From the human T2T-CHM13v2.0 reference genome, Homo sapiens, in assembly GCF_009914755.1 (NCBI RefSeq), contig NC_060931.1: a stretch of 64,000 nt of DNA, one strand, 5' to 3'. Positions within the stretch are counted from its first letter, which is position 1. Each line of letters begins with the position of its first letter. The position numbers were made by a program, and so were the translations under genes. Below, in pieces: positions 34,439-49,778 of the stretch. The notes beneath the pieces are model-generated. The model did no database searches. It worked only from the letters and a program-made list of their open reading frames with translations, and was not told the DNA's origin.

Positions 34439-35821
34439 GGAACTTGTTTCCTAGCAAGAAGCAGATGAGGCTGGTGAATAAGCATACCACATAAGTAAGT
34501 AATCCACTAACTTAGGGAATTTCGTGACCAGTCACTCAGCACGCCCTGTTGCGAAGGGGACGGCTGACCAATAGGATCATCTCAGAGTCACCCTCACACA
34601 ACTTGGCTTAGCCTAGTTGGCAAAAGTGTCTCTTCAGAGACCTACCCTCCTGGAATTGAAATAAAATGAAAATTTGTGATGACGATCAGCTACTGTCAGT
34701 GTGACTTAGGTGTAGAAATTAAAAAAGAAAAAAAGACCACTCTAAAGGCATTTGTGCATGAAGACACCTACAGAAATAAAGCCGGGGTGCTGTTCTTGGT
34801 CTTCATTCAGGCTAGCACCTCTCGTCACCTTTTCACTTTGGAGCTCAGGGCCTGGTTCACTCAGCAAGTGAGCGGCTCACACAGTAGATGCTCTGCACAT
34901 AGTAGTAGGTACTCAGAATATAGCAGCTGTTGATGTACATGTTTCCAGAGGGGCCAACACAGGAATCTGCACGTGGGTCCTTGCTTTAAGCCCAGCCCCT
35001 CTCTGTGGGCGTGGGATGGAGTCTTCCTTTCTTGGTGACCGGCGCCCTCTGGGGTCACTGGAGGCCTGGACTTCCCCACTGGCCCAGTGACCTTGTTTCC
35101 TTGTTCCCTGTCTCGCCCAGCCTTGGCTGTCCTGGGATTTGAAAATCTGGGATAAAGCCTTTTTCGGGCCTCTAAGGCCCTGCTGGTTCTGCGTGTTCCA
35201 GAGAGCTGCACCTCTGGGTGGTGAGCTGGCCTTTTTGGCATTTGATTTATGTATAGCCCTGAGTCACTGGGAGCGGATCTAGAGTCCAGGCCAGTGACTG
35301 ATTTCAAACGCTAACACTCTTGGCTCGGGCTCAGGTTTCAAGTCAGCCTCCAAAGGGGATGTTTGCTCATTTCGTCATCTTCCTATCACAGCAATTTTCG
35401 TCATATGGAGGGGTGGCACTCATGTACCTTGATGATTATTATTCTTTTAAAAAATGAAGTTATTTATGTTATGGGGTGAGTTCGTCACACAGTCCGAATG
35501 TGGAATGTTGCCATCCTTTTCATCCCAATCCTGCCAGTGATTTCTGTTTACAATAGAACTATTGACATTGTATGGGGATGAAACTAGCATGAGATAGTAA
35601 TTGTTGGCTTGCCTGAGATTTTCATCATATGTACACATAGACAAAACCTGGCTTTAGTTCCTAAAGCTATTGCTGTTTATTGTACTTTTATTAGCCAATG
35701 TTACAGATCCCCGTAGCATGCCAGAGGCTATTAAGAAATACAGGGGTCGGGGGCAGGAACGAAGTCCCTGGCCATGGATCATGCAATTGATCTATAGTTA
35801 TTTTTTTTTCTTTTTCTTTAA

Positions 35822-36428
<607 letters not shown>

Positions 36429-36429
36429 A

Positions 36430-36540
36430 TTTTTAGTTATTGTGGATACATAATAGTTGTACATATTCATGGAGTACTTGTGATGTTTTGGTGTAAGCAT
36501 ACAATGTGTAATGATCAAGTCAAGGTAATTGGGATATATA
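36430..36540 (-). mobile_element. L1MA extreme 3' end
   Basis: gatacataatagttgtacatattcatggagtac...catacaatgtgtaatgatcaa. Confidence 0.82.
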
Positions 36541-37676
36541 CTTATAGTTAGCCTACAGTCTTATTGATAATGTTCTCAGAAATTTCTGATTCCAGAGCTC
36601 CTTGCTCCTCTCCCATAATTAGATAACGTGTTTTTCTGTCCGGTAATTGCTGTAGTACTCATTTTTAGATGGGGTAGGGAAGGCCATGTGCCATGTTGGG
36701 GCCTCATCCCAAAGACCTTGTGCTGTTTGGGACAGGTAATTATTTAAAGCCCCGTGTGAGGTGGGTGGGTGTTAAACTCATGCTCTCCACACCTTCCCAG
36801 AGTGCCTGGGAAAGCAGGCTTCTCTAAGAAAGTGGAATAGCGAATAGGCAGTGATCCCTGAGAGAGATACATAATGATTGTCAGTTTCATGGATTACAGA
36901 TAATTCCGTTTAATGTCCTCTGTTTTTCCTTTTTGCAAATTTCTATGCATTATATAGAACATTGACTTTAGCATAGAAAGTGCTAATTCTTGATTTGGCA
37001 CTTTAATGGATATTTACACAGTGACACCATAAACATTGGATAAACAGAGGATTTGTTTTAATGAGATCTTCAGTGATTTGAAGCCGTTTCCCCCTTGCCT
37101 TCTGGAATCCCCGGCTCCAGTTCTGCCTGGTTTTGGTGATGCTGTCACAGTGGAGGGCTGACTGCAGGCCTCGACTGTGAGCCCTCACTCGGCCACCTTT
37201 TCATTTCCTCGCTGGGTTCCAGGCTCTTTGAAGCACTCGCCTCCTCCCCTCCCTGCATGTCCTCTGTAGTGCCTATTTCTGTGATTTGCATATAGCGGAA
37301 ATATTTGTTGAACTGAATTATTTTTACACACAAGCCTTTCATGTGGCCAACATTTTGAGGTCTGTCTCCTTTGGCGGGAGTCTGGGAGGAATCTTCCAGT
37401 TCACTAAGAAGTGTTTGATAGCTTCAGGGCAGGCGTGCCCTGATTGGGGCTGGATGCCCTGCCTCCATCCAGAGGCTCTCTGGCCAGGAGGGGAATGAAC
37501 CAAGTGCCCAGATTCCCCCCTACAATGTTTATGCAGAGGTGACTGTCACCTGCCAATGGTGACAGTCCACCAGGGAAGTCCAGAAGGCCTTTGGATTAAA
37601 GCTACAGGAGAGGCAGGTCCCCTTGCAGGGTCAGAAGGGGAAGAGAGAAGAGAGAGAGAACCAAAGGTGGGAGGTT

Positions 37677-37808
37677 CAGCTACTCGGGAGGCTGAGGTGG
37701 GAGGATCCCTCAAGCCCAGGAGGTCAAGTCTGCAGTGAGCTATGATTGCACCACTGCTCTCCAGCCTGGGCGACAGAGCGAGACCCTGTCCCAAAAAATA
37801 AAAAATAA
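37677..37808 (+). mobile_element. Alu right-arm fragment (J/FRAM-like)
   Basis: cagctactcgggaggctgagg...gagaccctgtc plus A tail. Confidence 0.88.
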
Positions 37809-38039
37809 AGATGGAAAGATGGGAGGATTCTCCCCAGGAAGGCCCAGGCCGCAGGGTCCCCTTGTCCTTAAAGGCCAGCTCAGTGAGGCTACAGGTCCCC
37901 TTGCCCCAGTTCCCCGAGCACAGAGCAGGCATGGCCTCGGACGACTTCCTCTTTGTGTCTCGTGGACTACTCAATAAATATTAATGTTTTCCAAAGATAT
38001 CTTGCCCAGCTCTCCCTGACGAGGCTGTTGGCTTGAAGG

Positions 38040-38250
38040 AATAACAACACTCGTTGCACTCACGGAATATTAAGTCTGTGCCAGGGCCTGTTCTGAGCTC
38101 ATGACTTGTGCTACTCGGTCTCTCCCCACAAGCTCACAGGGCGGATGCTATTTTCACCGCCGTTTATAGGAGAGGAAACTGAGGCACAGGGTCCTTCAGT
38201 GACTGGCCCCCATGAGCAGGCAGCACATCTGGAATTCCAGCCTGTGCAGC
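38040..38250 (-). mobile_element. MIR
   Basis: tgtgccaggg...tttataggagaggaaactgaggcacag. Confidence 0.75.
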
Positions 38251-38430
38251 CTGGCCCCAGGATCCCCATGCCTCTGTGGGGGACACTCTGGAAGTGACAG
38301 GTGAGGCACTTCTCTGGCCTCTCTGGATCTCCTGCTGGCCCTGAATGTGGGTGGTTACCCTTTTGGGGTGCTGTCGGTGCCTCTTAGATGTCTCAGTGAC
38401 CCTACAGGGTCTGCCTTCCATAGGACTGCC

Positions 38431-38735
38431 TTTTTCTTTTTTTTTGAGACAGGTTCTCACTCTCCTGCCAAGGCTGGAGTGCAGTGGCACAATCTCACCT
38501 CATTGCAACCTCTGTCTCCTGGGCTCAAGTGATCTTCCTACCCCAGCCTCCTGAATAGCTGGGACTATAGGTGTGCGCCGCCATGCCCAACTAATTTTTT
38601 TTTGTAGTTTTTTTGGTAGAGATGGGGCTTCACTGTGTTGCCCAGGCTGGTCTCAATCTTCTGGGTTCAAGTGATCTGTCCACCATGGCTTCCCAAAGTA
38701 TTGGGATTACAGGTGTGAGCCACTATGCTCGGCCG
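38431..38735 (-). mobile_element. AluJ
   Basis: Antisense dimer. Confidence 0.92.
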
Positions 38736-39514
38736 GCACCCACCTTTTTGTGGACTTTTCTTTGTTGACTTGGCATTCGGCAAGGTGTAGGCTTTTGCCA
38801 CCAACACGATACCCGTGGGGAGAAGCCCCCTGGCCCCCGTGCCTGCCAGAAGAAAGGCTTAGGGTCCCCTGCGAGGACCCACACGTGCACTGCATGCCTG
38901 GATAGCCCATGCCAGCCTCACTGAGGCTGGATTTAGTTCCTGAGTATGTTATGGAGAAGTGCCCAGAGCAGGGACCGCAGGCACAAGGTGGGCCTGGCCT
39001 TTGGAGGAGGCTGGGCACGGCCACCTGCTCCTCCTCTCTCCCATGGGCAGGTTGGCCTTGTTGCCATTGGAAACTCTTGAGAGCCCACGGGTGTTTTCTG
39101 GCCATGTGACCTAAATGGGAGGCTTGCTGAAGGGTAGATGCTGCTTCACCAGCAACAAGAGGAGCCCCCAGACCTCAGCCACAGGATGGCCCCCACCCTG
39201 CTGAGCCCCCACTCTTCGCTCCCTGCTCAGCAGAGCAACACATACCATTGCCCAAAGGATGGACCAGGCACAGCGTGGGGCCCAATAGCAAATGTTCTGA
39301 CGAAGGAGGTCAGTGCCGGACACTGCTGGGCGTTGTTGAGTCCTGGGCTGGCAGGGACAGTTTTGCAGGGACGGTTTGGAAGGGGCTTTGCTGGGGAGGG
39401 GGTCTCTAGGAGGGGCAGCCCCTGAATAGGGCAGCCGAGTTGCTGTGACTGCATCTTCCTTTCTTTCCGATGGGGGCAAAACTCACTCTTCTTTTTAACC
39501 ATTCTCTGTTATCT

Positions 39515-39882
<368 letters not shown>

Positions 39883-40281
39883 TGACACTGGCATCAGCAT
39901 TGGGAGCATTTCCGTGACCCCAGGGCTGCTGATACACCCTGTGGACAGGGCAGGACCCACAGCTAAGTCAGTAAAGCACCATCCTCTGGGAGTGGCTGTC
40001 ATACGACATTTCTTGCTTTTAGGACCATTGGACTGAAAAACCAAATCCTGCCACTGGATCTGGTGATGACGGTGACATTTTTTTTTTTTTTTTTTTTTGT
40101 TTAGAAGCTTATGATTCATCGGATCTCTTTTGGTTTACGGAAAGCCCAGATGTCGTGGTCCCTCTGCGTGCCCACTCCAGGAGAACGCATTCAATGTCAA
40201 GGAACCCTGTAGTGTGCAAAGTTGGATTTAGGGATTTCCCGAATAAAGCTCACTGAGGGTCAATGAGTTCCATAAACATTA

Positions 40282-40696
<415 letters not shown>

Positions 40697-40828
40697 TTAA
40701 TACATTGGTTTATTCTGTTTCTCCATGTTCATACCGCCAGCCTGATGCCTCATTTGCACAAATGAATGGATGAGTGAATCCAGCTTATTCTTTTATTTCT
40801 CCCTGGGATCTGGTATACAAGAGATGGT

Positions 40829-41123
40829 TATTTTTTAATTTGAGACAGAGTCTCACTCTGTCACCTAGGCTGGAGTGCGGTGGTGCAATCTCAGCTCACT
40901 GCAGCCCCTGCCTCCTGGGTTCATGTGATTCTCATGCCTTAGCCTCCTGAGTAGCTGAGATTACAGGTGCACACCACTATACCCAGCTAATTTTTGTATT
41001 TTTGGTAGAGTCAGCATTTCACCATGATGGCCAGGCTGGTCTTGAACTCTTGACCTCAAGTGATCCACCTGCCTCGGCCTCCCAAAGTGCCGGAATTATA
41101 GGGGTGAGCCACCACACCTTGCC
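40829..41123 (-). mobile_element. AluS
   Basis: TSD caagagatggt. Confidence 0.94.
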
Positions 41124-41217
41124 AAGAGATGGTCATTAAAGTTGAATTTTGGCACTCCTTGCAGAAACCCTACAAAGTTGGTATCACCTCTATTTTGCAT
41201 ATCAGAAAACTGATGCT

Positions 41218-41511
41218 GGCCAGGTGCAGTGACTCATGCCTGTAATCTTAGCACTTTGGGAAGCTGAGGCAGGAGGATTGCTTGAGGTCAAGGGTTCAAG
41301 ACCAGCCTGGGCAACATAACCAGACCCCGTCTCTACAAGAAAATTAAAAAATGAGTTGGATGTGTACCTGTGATCCCAGATACTTAGGAGGCTGAGGTGG
41401 GAGGATTGGTTGAGTCCTGGAGTTTAAGGCTGCAGTGAGCTATGATTGCACCACTAAATTCCAACCTGGGCAATGGAGCAAGACCCTGTCTCAAAAAAAA
41501 AAAAAAAAAAA
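41218..41511 (+). mobile_element. AluJ inserted in a MIR fragment
   Basis: J dimer; MIR-like ctattttgcatatcagaaaactga upstream. Confidence 0.9.
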
Positions 41512-41722
41512 GTGCTGAGAGAGATCGTTTCCCGAGGGTCTTTGGATAGTTTGTAGAAAAACAGTACTGTTCCTTCTAAAGCCCTGTGGCTTTTTCCCTA
41601 TTCCAGGTGCACATTGGCCTTTGAGGCTGGAAAACACTTTTACTTACTTCCAGCTTTATGGGATTCATAAAATGGCCTTGAGAAAAGTAAACCGATTTTT
41701 CTCCTTCTAAAAACATCCAGTG

Positions 41723-42103
<381 letters not shown>

Positions 42104-43422
42104 TTACAAGTCGCTTGTAGGGTGTTGAAACTCTCTCGCGATCCCAGTGACTTGAGATGCTCTGTTTTCTGGATAACTAAGCTTTTCCACCTTCACTACG
42201 GGGTACCAGGGTCTTTGTAGCAGAGAGGCAGCTGTCTTGATGGTGGAACCACTCCCGCCAGTGTGTGGTGGGGTGCCCCCGGGGATTTAGGGAGAGAGAA
42301 GGCCAGTGGCAGGGACTGGCTGGAGGAAGAGGGTGCGAGGAAAAACACTGGCTGACATTTGAAGGAACGTGCTTCAGTATCAGGGAAGGCCAGCGTGGGA
42401 TAATCGGTGTCTTGGCAGATGGGGTTGACGGGGAGCCCTGAAGCCGGCAGTGTTTAGAGATTCAAAGAATAGGGGGGCTGTGGGGAGTCTTTTGGTTCAC
42501 AGCAGTGTCCCCCAAACCGGCACAGTGGGATGAGAGTGGGCTGGCCAGGGAAGGGGACAGGGTGTTAGGTCCAGAGGTGCTAAAATCCCCAACCATGGTC
42601 AAAATGGGGACATGAGAGACTCGGGGTTCAGAGCTCACATGAAGGACAGCTGTCCCCCCCTCCACCCCCGCCTTGGGTCAGAGCTGGCTAGGAGAGCCCA
42701 CCCTGCAGCCTGTCCTTCGTGGGAATCAGCATGAGGGGTGCAAAGTGCTCAGCAAGGCCCGGCACCAGGTTTGTTCTTGGGATCAGAGTGATACACGCGC
42801 CTTACATTTTTTTTAAGCTGCTGGTTTTGCGGGTCAGTACGGGGAAAAACGGTGAGTCCCTTTTATAAAATATATAGAGAGGTTGGTGCGAAAATAGCAG
42901 CTTGTTTCTGCTTGCGTATTTCTACTCACTGCTGGGACACAAATCTACCCTTCCATTTTCTGAATTGTATTCATTCAAACTCTGATTTAACCTCTATTTA
43001 GTTAATGAATTGGGCAAGTTAACCTCGAACTCTTCCAGGCTGTGGCTGTTACCGTCACCATCTCCTGCTTCTCACTTTACACACTCATATGAGACCTTTT
43101 TTATTTCTGAAGTGTGGCCTGACATTGTTTAGGCTGTTGTTTGGTGCTTATTTTTAACTCTTCTTTTGTCACTTAAGTAGGATGTCTTAATTCTTGTTTA
43201 GTGTTAGATCACTTAGCAGGATTTTTTTTTTGAGCGGGGGCGGGGGGAATATGATTTTGTGTCACATTTTGAATACTTCTCTATGGCAGTATCTTTTAGA
43301 GTTATTATGGACCCTGTAATTCTGTTCTCAAAGACGTTTAACCACTAGAGGTAGACACCAAAAATGTTTTATTTGTCTCATTTGGGACTCTAATTCAGTG
43401 AAGTTGGCTGTTTGGAGTCTGA

Positions 43423-43758
<336 letters not shown>

Positions 43759-45388
43759 AGGACTGGATCCCTTGACTCACTTAATGATCGGGGTTTACTT
43801 CTGACCTGCATGGGGTGCTGTGGGGAACCCAGAGATCAATAAGACAGCCCGTACCTTCTTGGAGCTGTATTTAGCAGGGTCATAGAAGACGCACTCATAA
43901 TCAGAAACCATCCAGAATGTGACTTCTGGCCAGGGAGAATAGGGAAGGGTTCATGGAGATGGTGGCATTTGATTGAATTCTGAATTTGGGGTTGTAGGTT
44001 TCAAATATTAGTTTGGGGACAGTCATCCTTTTATTTTCTTCTCTAAATTTAAAGAAATTGTTATTTTTAAAAACCAATTGGAATGGGTATTGAATTTCTG
44101 TGTGGAGAATGTCTACCAGTTTTTCATCATTTTCTCCACTGTATAGTGTCAATAAGTGTTAAATGCAATGGTCTGTAAGACTTTGTTGATAATTTTCTTT
44201 TCTTTGACATAGACTTGTAAACTGGAAACCCTGTGTGGGTAATGGGCAGTGCCTATTTCAGCATCTTGTCCCCAGAAATCCACTCCCTAAAAGGCTTGTT
44301 GAATGAATCAGATCTAGGAGCATCTCTTTTGTGTTGGAGCGGAGAGTCAGTCCGGACTTTGAGCCTCTCCTTGCACTGACCAGCGGCAGGCTGAAGACAG
44401 TTGGACTTAAGAAAACTTAATCTAGAAGCAATATGCTGGTCAGATTCTTTCAATGCTAGGTTTAGTATCGTTCCTTTTTCTCCCATTTGGTGAAGTGGTG
44501 TAATGCTTTAGCACATTTTAAATAAGATTACACAAGCGGCTGTTAGTTGGCATCAAGAATCTTTTAATCTGGAAAGAAAATGTTACCTCCTTCATTTGCA
44601 AAACAGAGTGTTTCTGGCACCGTATCCCAAAGTGTCTTCTGGTTGTTCCGTTTTTCAGAAGTTACTGTGGGCTTCTAATTACCCTCATTTAGACATCCAG
44701 GACAGAAATTGCCACTTCAACAAGAAAATTTTGTAATGAGCCGGAGGAAATGGTCTCATCATTACTACGTTATACGCAGTCTGAGAGTCTGCGTGGATTT
44801 TTATTTCACAAGAATGTGACTGTTTAATTGAAAAATGTTGTTAAAATGTGCTTTCTGTTCCTATCAGTATGTTGTTAGTGCTTATATAGCCATGCTCGAG
44901 TCAGTGAAAATTGGTGCCCTTTGCCAAAATACTTTTTTTCATTTTTGTGTATAATTTTGTGAGCTAGGTCTATTTTTGTTTAATTAGGCCCTGCAAGAGA
45001 ATGAGGGAGAGCTGTATTTAAATTTTTAGACCATTAAAGGGCCTAAAACTATCCTAGATGAAAGGCCCCCAAAATTAGCTTTAATATTTATTATATGAAT
45101 AAAACCAATAGGGAAAACGTTTCCAGAAACCCTTTCTCTTTTTCCTTCTTCAGACAGCTGGCTAAGATTAATTGCAGGCCTGAACGTGGGCATGTTTGCT
45201 AGTTTCTCTTGTTCTATTACTAGAAAATAACTCTTAAGAGAGGAGAGAAATACCGTCTTCTTGTATTTGGGGGGCAGGCTGTACATTTTATAACTCACTA
45301 ATATAATGAAATGTTTGTTGATAACATCATATTTTGCTTTCTGATAGAAAAGTCCTAATTTCTATTTTCTTTTTACTTTTTATTTTTA

Positions 45389-45392
<4 letters not shown>

Positions 45393-45425
<33 letters not shown>

Positions 45426-45541
45426 AGAGATGAGGGCTTGCTGTGTTGCCCAGGCTGGTCTCGAACTCCTGGGCTTAAGCAACCCTCCTACCTCAGCCTC
45501 CCAAAGTGCTGGGATTACAGGCATGAGCAACTGCGCCTGGC
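45393..45541 (-). mobile_element. FLAM_C-like Alu monomer
   Basis: Long poly-T and a single left arm. Confidence 0.88.
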
Positions 45542-46536
45542 AAGTTTGTTTTACTTTTTATTTTTATTACTTTTTGTTTCTAATTTCTACTTTCGACAGG
45601 ATTCCTTTTAAAATTTTAATCTAGGAAACAAAACTGCACGTGAAAGATTTGCCTTGTAGACGGAAAGTTCTGGAAACATCAGCTCCAGGCTGTGGTGTGA
45701 AGCTGTCGGGCTGATTTGCCTGGTAAGAAGCGCGTTTGGGGCACGGAGGGTCACCTTGCCCCCTGCGAGCGTTCTTTCATCATTTGAGCAGCCAAGCATC
45801 CCTTTTGGGCCAAGTTTGCCAAAGACTCTAACGTAGAGAAGTGGACAGACCCAGTTGCATGCTGATGTTAGGGGCAGAGAGAAAGAAGGAAAGATCCTTG
45901 CCTAGCTTAAGCCCTTGTGCTTCTTCCCCACATTTATTTGACTTCCCAAATTGGATTGGCTGTTGTGATTGAAAAGATTGTCAGCACTATGTAAATGAGA
46001 ATGAGAAGTAAAAGTGCATCTCATGCAGATAATTTCTATGTAGATAATTTGCCATAAAAATTTATATTGCAGTCCTTAAAACCTTCGGAGATTTAGTCTG
46101 TCTAGGGAAAGGTGATTTATACGGCATTAAAACACTTTTTATGTCCCAGTCCTTTAGATTTAATGTTTATTGCCTATAAAAATGAAATCTTCTTGTGGAT
46201 ATTTAAAAGTTTTGGTACTGTGTGAAATATATATTCAAGTTAGAAATGCTTTGGAGATGTTGTAAATAAGTGGCAAATCTCTTGCTCCAAAGTCCACTGT
46301 GTTGTCTGGGCCCGCATCTTGGCTTTGCACGCCTGAAAAGCTGCCTCGGGTACCGGTGTCTGATCATCACCATAGTGGGTCGCCAAGTAGGAGAATGTCT
46401 TATGTAGGGATTTGGTGGTTTTTCAAAAAACTTAAATTAGCTAACAAGGATGGGACTATTATAATTCCTCAGAAAGTTATGCAAGGTCTGACCAGAATTT
46501 CATTCCAATCTGCAGAAAGACTGAATTATGGTGCAG

Positions 46537-46846
46537 TTTTTTTGGTTTTTTGTTTGTTTGTTTTTTGAGACGGAGTCTCGCTCTGTCGCCCAGGCTGGAG
46601 TGCAGCGGCACGATCTCGGCTCACTGCAAGCTCCGCCTCCTGGGTTCACGCTATTCTGCCTCAGCCTCCCAAGACGCTGGGATTACAGGCGCCCACCACC
46701 ACACTTGGATAATTTTTTGTATTTTTAGTAGAGATGGGATTTCGCCGTGTTGGCCAGGCTGGTCTCAAACTCCTGACCTCAGGTGATCCACCCGCCTCGG
46801 CCTCCCAAAGTGCTGGGATTACAGGCGTGAGCCCCTGCGCCCGGCC
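46537..46846 (-). mobile_element. Mosaic Alu (AluY-type right-arm diagnostics, AluSx-type left arm)
   Basis: gcaagctcc and ttcacgctatt versus caggctggtctcaaactcctgacctcaggtgatc; TSD tatggtgcag / tatggcgcag. Confidence 0.88.
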
Positions 46847-47207
46847 TATGGCGCAGGTTTTAAAGAGTGGAAGTGCTTTGACAATGGAATGCCCAGTACA
46901 AAGCAGTTTTTAGGCTTTTGCAGCCACTCAGATTCATAACAGCACGCTTCAATTCTGGTCTTAAATAAAACTCTCATGGAGTAAATAAATCATATGGTGG
47001 GGACAGCACTGCTGTGGAGGAGGGTACTGTTTAAGCATTTTGGGGGTTCCTGAAAGATGTTTCTCAAAGTGAGCGCTGGAGAGGAGTACCTGGTTTGATT
47101 GTTGAACTAAAGTGTGGTTTCTGTAACCCTAGGGAGTTCTTCCCTAGGTATGATTGAGCTCCCTGAGTGCTGGGATGGTGACCTCCCCAGCCTGTCTCCA
47201 AGTCTGA

Positions 47208-47490
<283 letters not shown>

Positions 47491-48125
47491 AACACTGGGT
47501 ATTTTGGAAATCATGTGGGAAGTGCTTTTCCTAGAGTTTTGTAGCTCCTCAAAAAGGCAGAACTAATCAACCAGGCTTCCCCATTGTAGCCACAGTTGGA
47601 TCCCAATGGTAAGGGCCATTGGGAAACCAATGGTCTGGGTGAGTCTGGCCTGGGACCCTGGCATGGGGAAGAGACTGGACTTGAAGGCTTTGGATGGGCA
47701 GCTTGGTCTGGACAGTATTGGAAATAAAGGAACTTGAGACTTTGAAATTGCTGTGATGGGGGTGTTCTCACCTGTCCATAGGGGTGGGATGTCAGTAAGC
47801 TTTGCCGGTGTCTGTCCCATAGATAGACTCAGCTCTGCATTGCAGCCCCAAAAGGAGCCTGCATTCTTAAAAGAATTTTAGGGGAAGAAAGATTTAAGAG
47901 AGCACCTGAAGTCCTGAATCCCTTCAGAAGGAATTCATGGCTGCCTGTAGTCAGCTGCCAGTCCAACCTTGCCCTCCAAAAGAAGTCACAGAGATTGAGT
48001 TTTCAGCGAGGCAGGGAGAAGTTGTCACATTTGCCTAATTCTTGTAGAGGTGAGAGTGGGAGTAAACTGGAAGGGGGCGGATTATTGGTGATTTGGGGGC
48101 CACGTTTCCTTGTATCACCTGTAAA

Positions 48126-48427
48126 GTTTTTTTTTTGTTTTTGTTTTTTTTTTTTTTTTTTGGAGACAGGGTCTTACTCTGTCATGCAGGCTGGAGTGCA
48201 GCGGCACAATCACGGCTAATTGCGGCCTCAACCTCCCCAGACTCCCAAGTAGCTGGGACTATAGGCATGCACCACTGCACTTGGCGTATTTATTTATTTA
48301 TTTATTATTTTTTCGAAGAGACAGGGTCTCCTTATGTTGCCCAGGCTGTTCTCAAACTCCTGAAGCAATCCGCCCACCTCAGCCTCCCAAAGTGCTGGGA
48401 TTACAGGTGTGAGCCACCATGCCTGGC
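48126..48427 (-). mobile_element. AluJ
   Basis: Antisense dimer with (TTTA)n linker. Confidence 0.9.
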
Positions 48428-49537
48428 TCACCCATAAAATTAAAATGAAAAGAGCAGACCACAGCCAGCAGTCTTCCGACCTCCAGCTCTTGCAGGTCGT
48501 GGGCAGCCTTGCCCCAGGTGCAGCAGGTAGGCCAGGAAGCAGGTGTGGGAACAGAGCAACAGCAGGCACCGTGGGGACATGCACAGTAAGCGTCGAATCG
48601 GTGTGCGTTTGCAGAAACGTGAATGGGTGAATGAAGGGGTGTATGAAGGTATACACAGGAACGCCACAGTCAGCTTTGTGTAAAGTAGACCAGTGAACAG
48701 ATTGCTGGTATTGCTTCTGACAGCTCTGCTCCTCAGGGGAAAATGGTGAACTCACTTTAGAACTCGCCTTTGTCAGCTCCAACTAGACTCTGGAAGGAAC
48801 ACAAATGCTCAGACTTTCCCATGACAGACTGTGAAGCAAAGCCAGTTACACAGCTACCGTCACTAATATTTTTGGTATAAAGCAGTTGCTAAAATTAATT
48901 CCAGTCTGAAACTTGATGAATTCTCAGTCATGGAATTAACAGGTCTTAAATGGGAAAAATAAAAAATTAGCTTGATTAAAAATAAATGTTTGTGCTGAAA
49001 TGTGGAGCCTGTCTGTCCCTAACAAACTAAATATGAAGTTTTTCATCTTAGAGGATTTGTTTGCCTTTGAGTATTCATAGGGAAAGTGCACGTTTGTACC
49101 AGAAATTTAGAGACGCACTCCCAGTAAGTTCTTACGAGCAGTCAGTATTATCCTTTTTGTATAAGGCAAGCAGTCAGTCCCTATGAAGAGTAAGATACAA
49201 GCCTGGCTCAGCAGTGGCCCCCCTGAGCCTATCTGATGTGCAGAAAAGTCACGCACACACAACTGTCTTGAAGGGCAGCCTCCTTTCAGCCAGCACCCAT
49301 TTACTCCCTCTTATTAGGCCTTCCTCTGAATTTATATCAAGCAAACTATTTAGGACGCATCTGCGAAGCAGGAAGTGTGTTTCATTTTGTTTTTAATGAG
49401 GTTTCAAACTCTCTCTTCCCATCTCTGTCCCTGGATGACAGCGCAGAGTTTTACGTCATTTGCTATTAGACATCTTGTGGCTTGACATCCTCGAAGGCTC
49501 AGCCACCCCTGGGTGTGTTTGGTTAATACAGCAAGTG

Positions 49538-49778
49538 AAGCCTGGGCAACATATCGAGGCCTCATTTCTACAGAAATTTTTAAAAAGTAGCTGGGCATGG
49601 TGGCATGCACCTGTCGTGTCAGCTACTTGAAAGGCTGAGGTGGAAGGATTGCTTGAGCCCAGGAGTTCAAGCCCGCAGTGAGCTATGATCGTGCCACTGT
49701 ACTCCAGCCTGAGTGAAGGGCGAGATGTTGTCTCTTAAAAAAAAAAAATAATAATAATAAAATAAAGAAAAGAAAAAA
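49538..49778 (+). mobile_element. AluJ, 5'-truncated
   Basis: Begins at agcctgggcaacat; complete right arm and tail. Confidence 0.9.
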
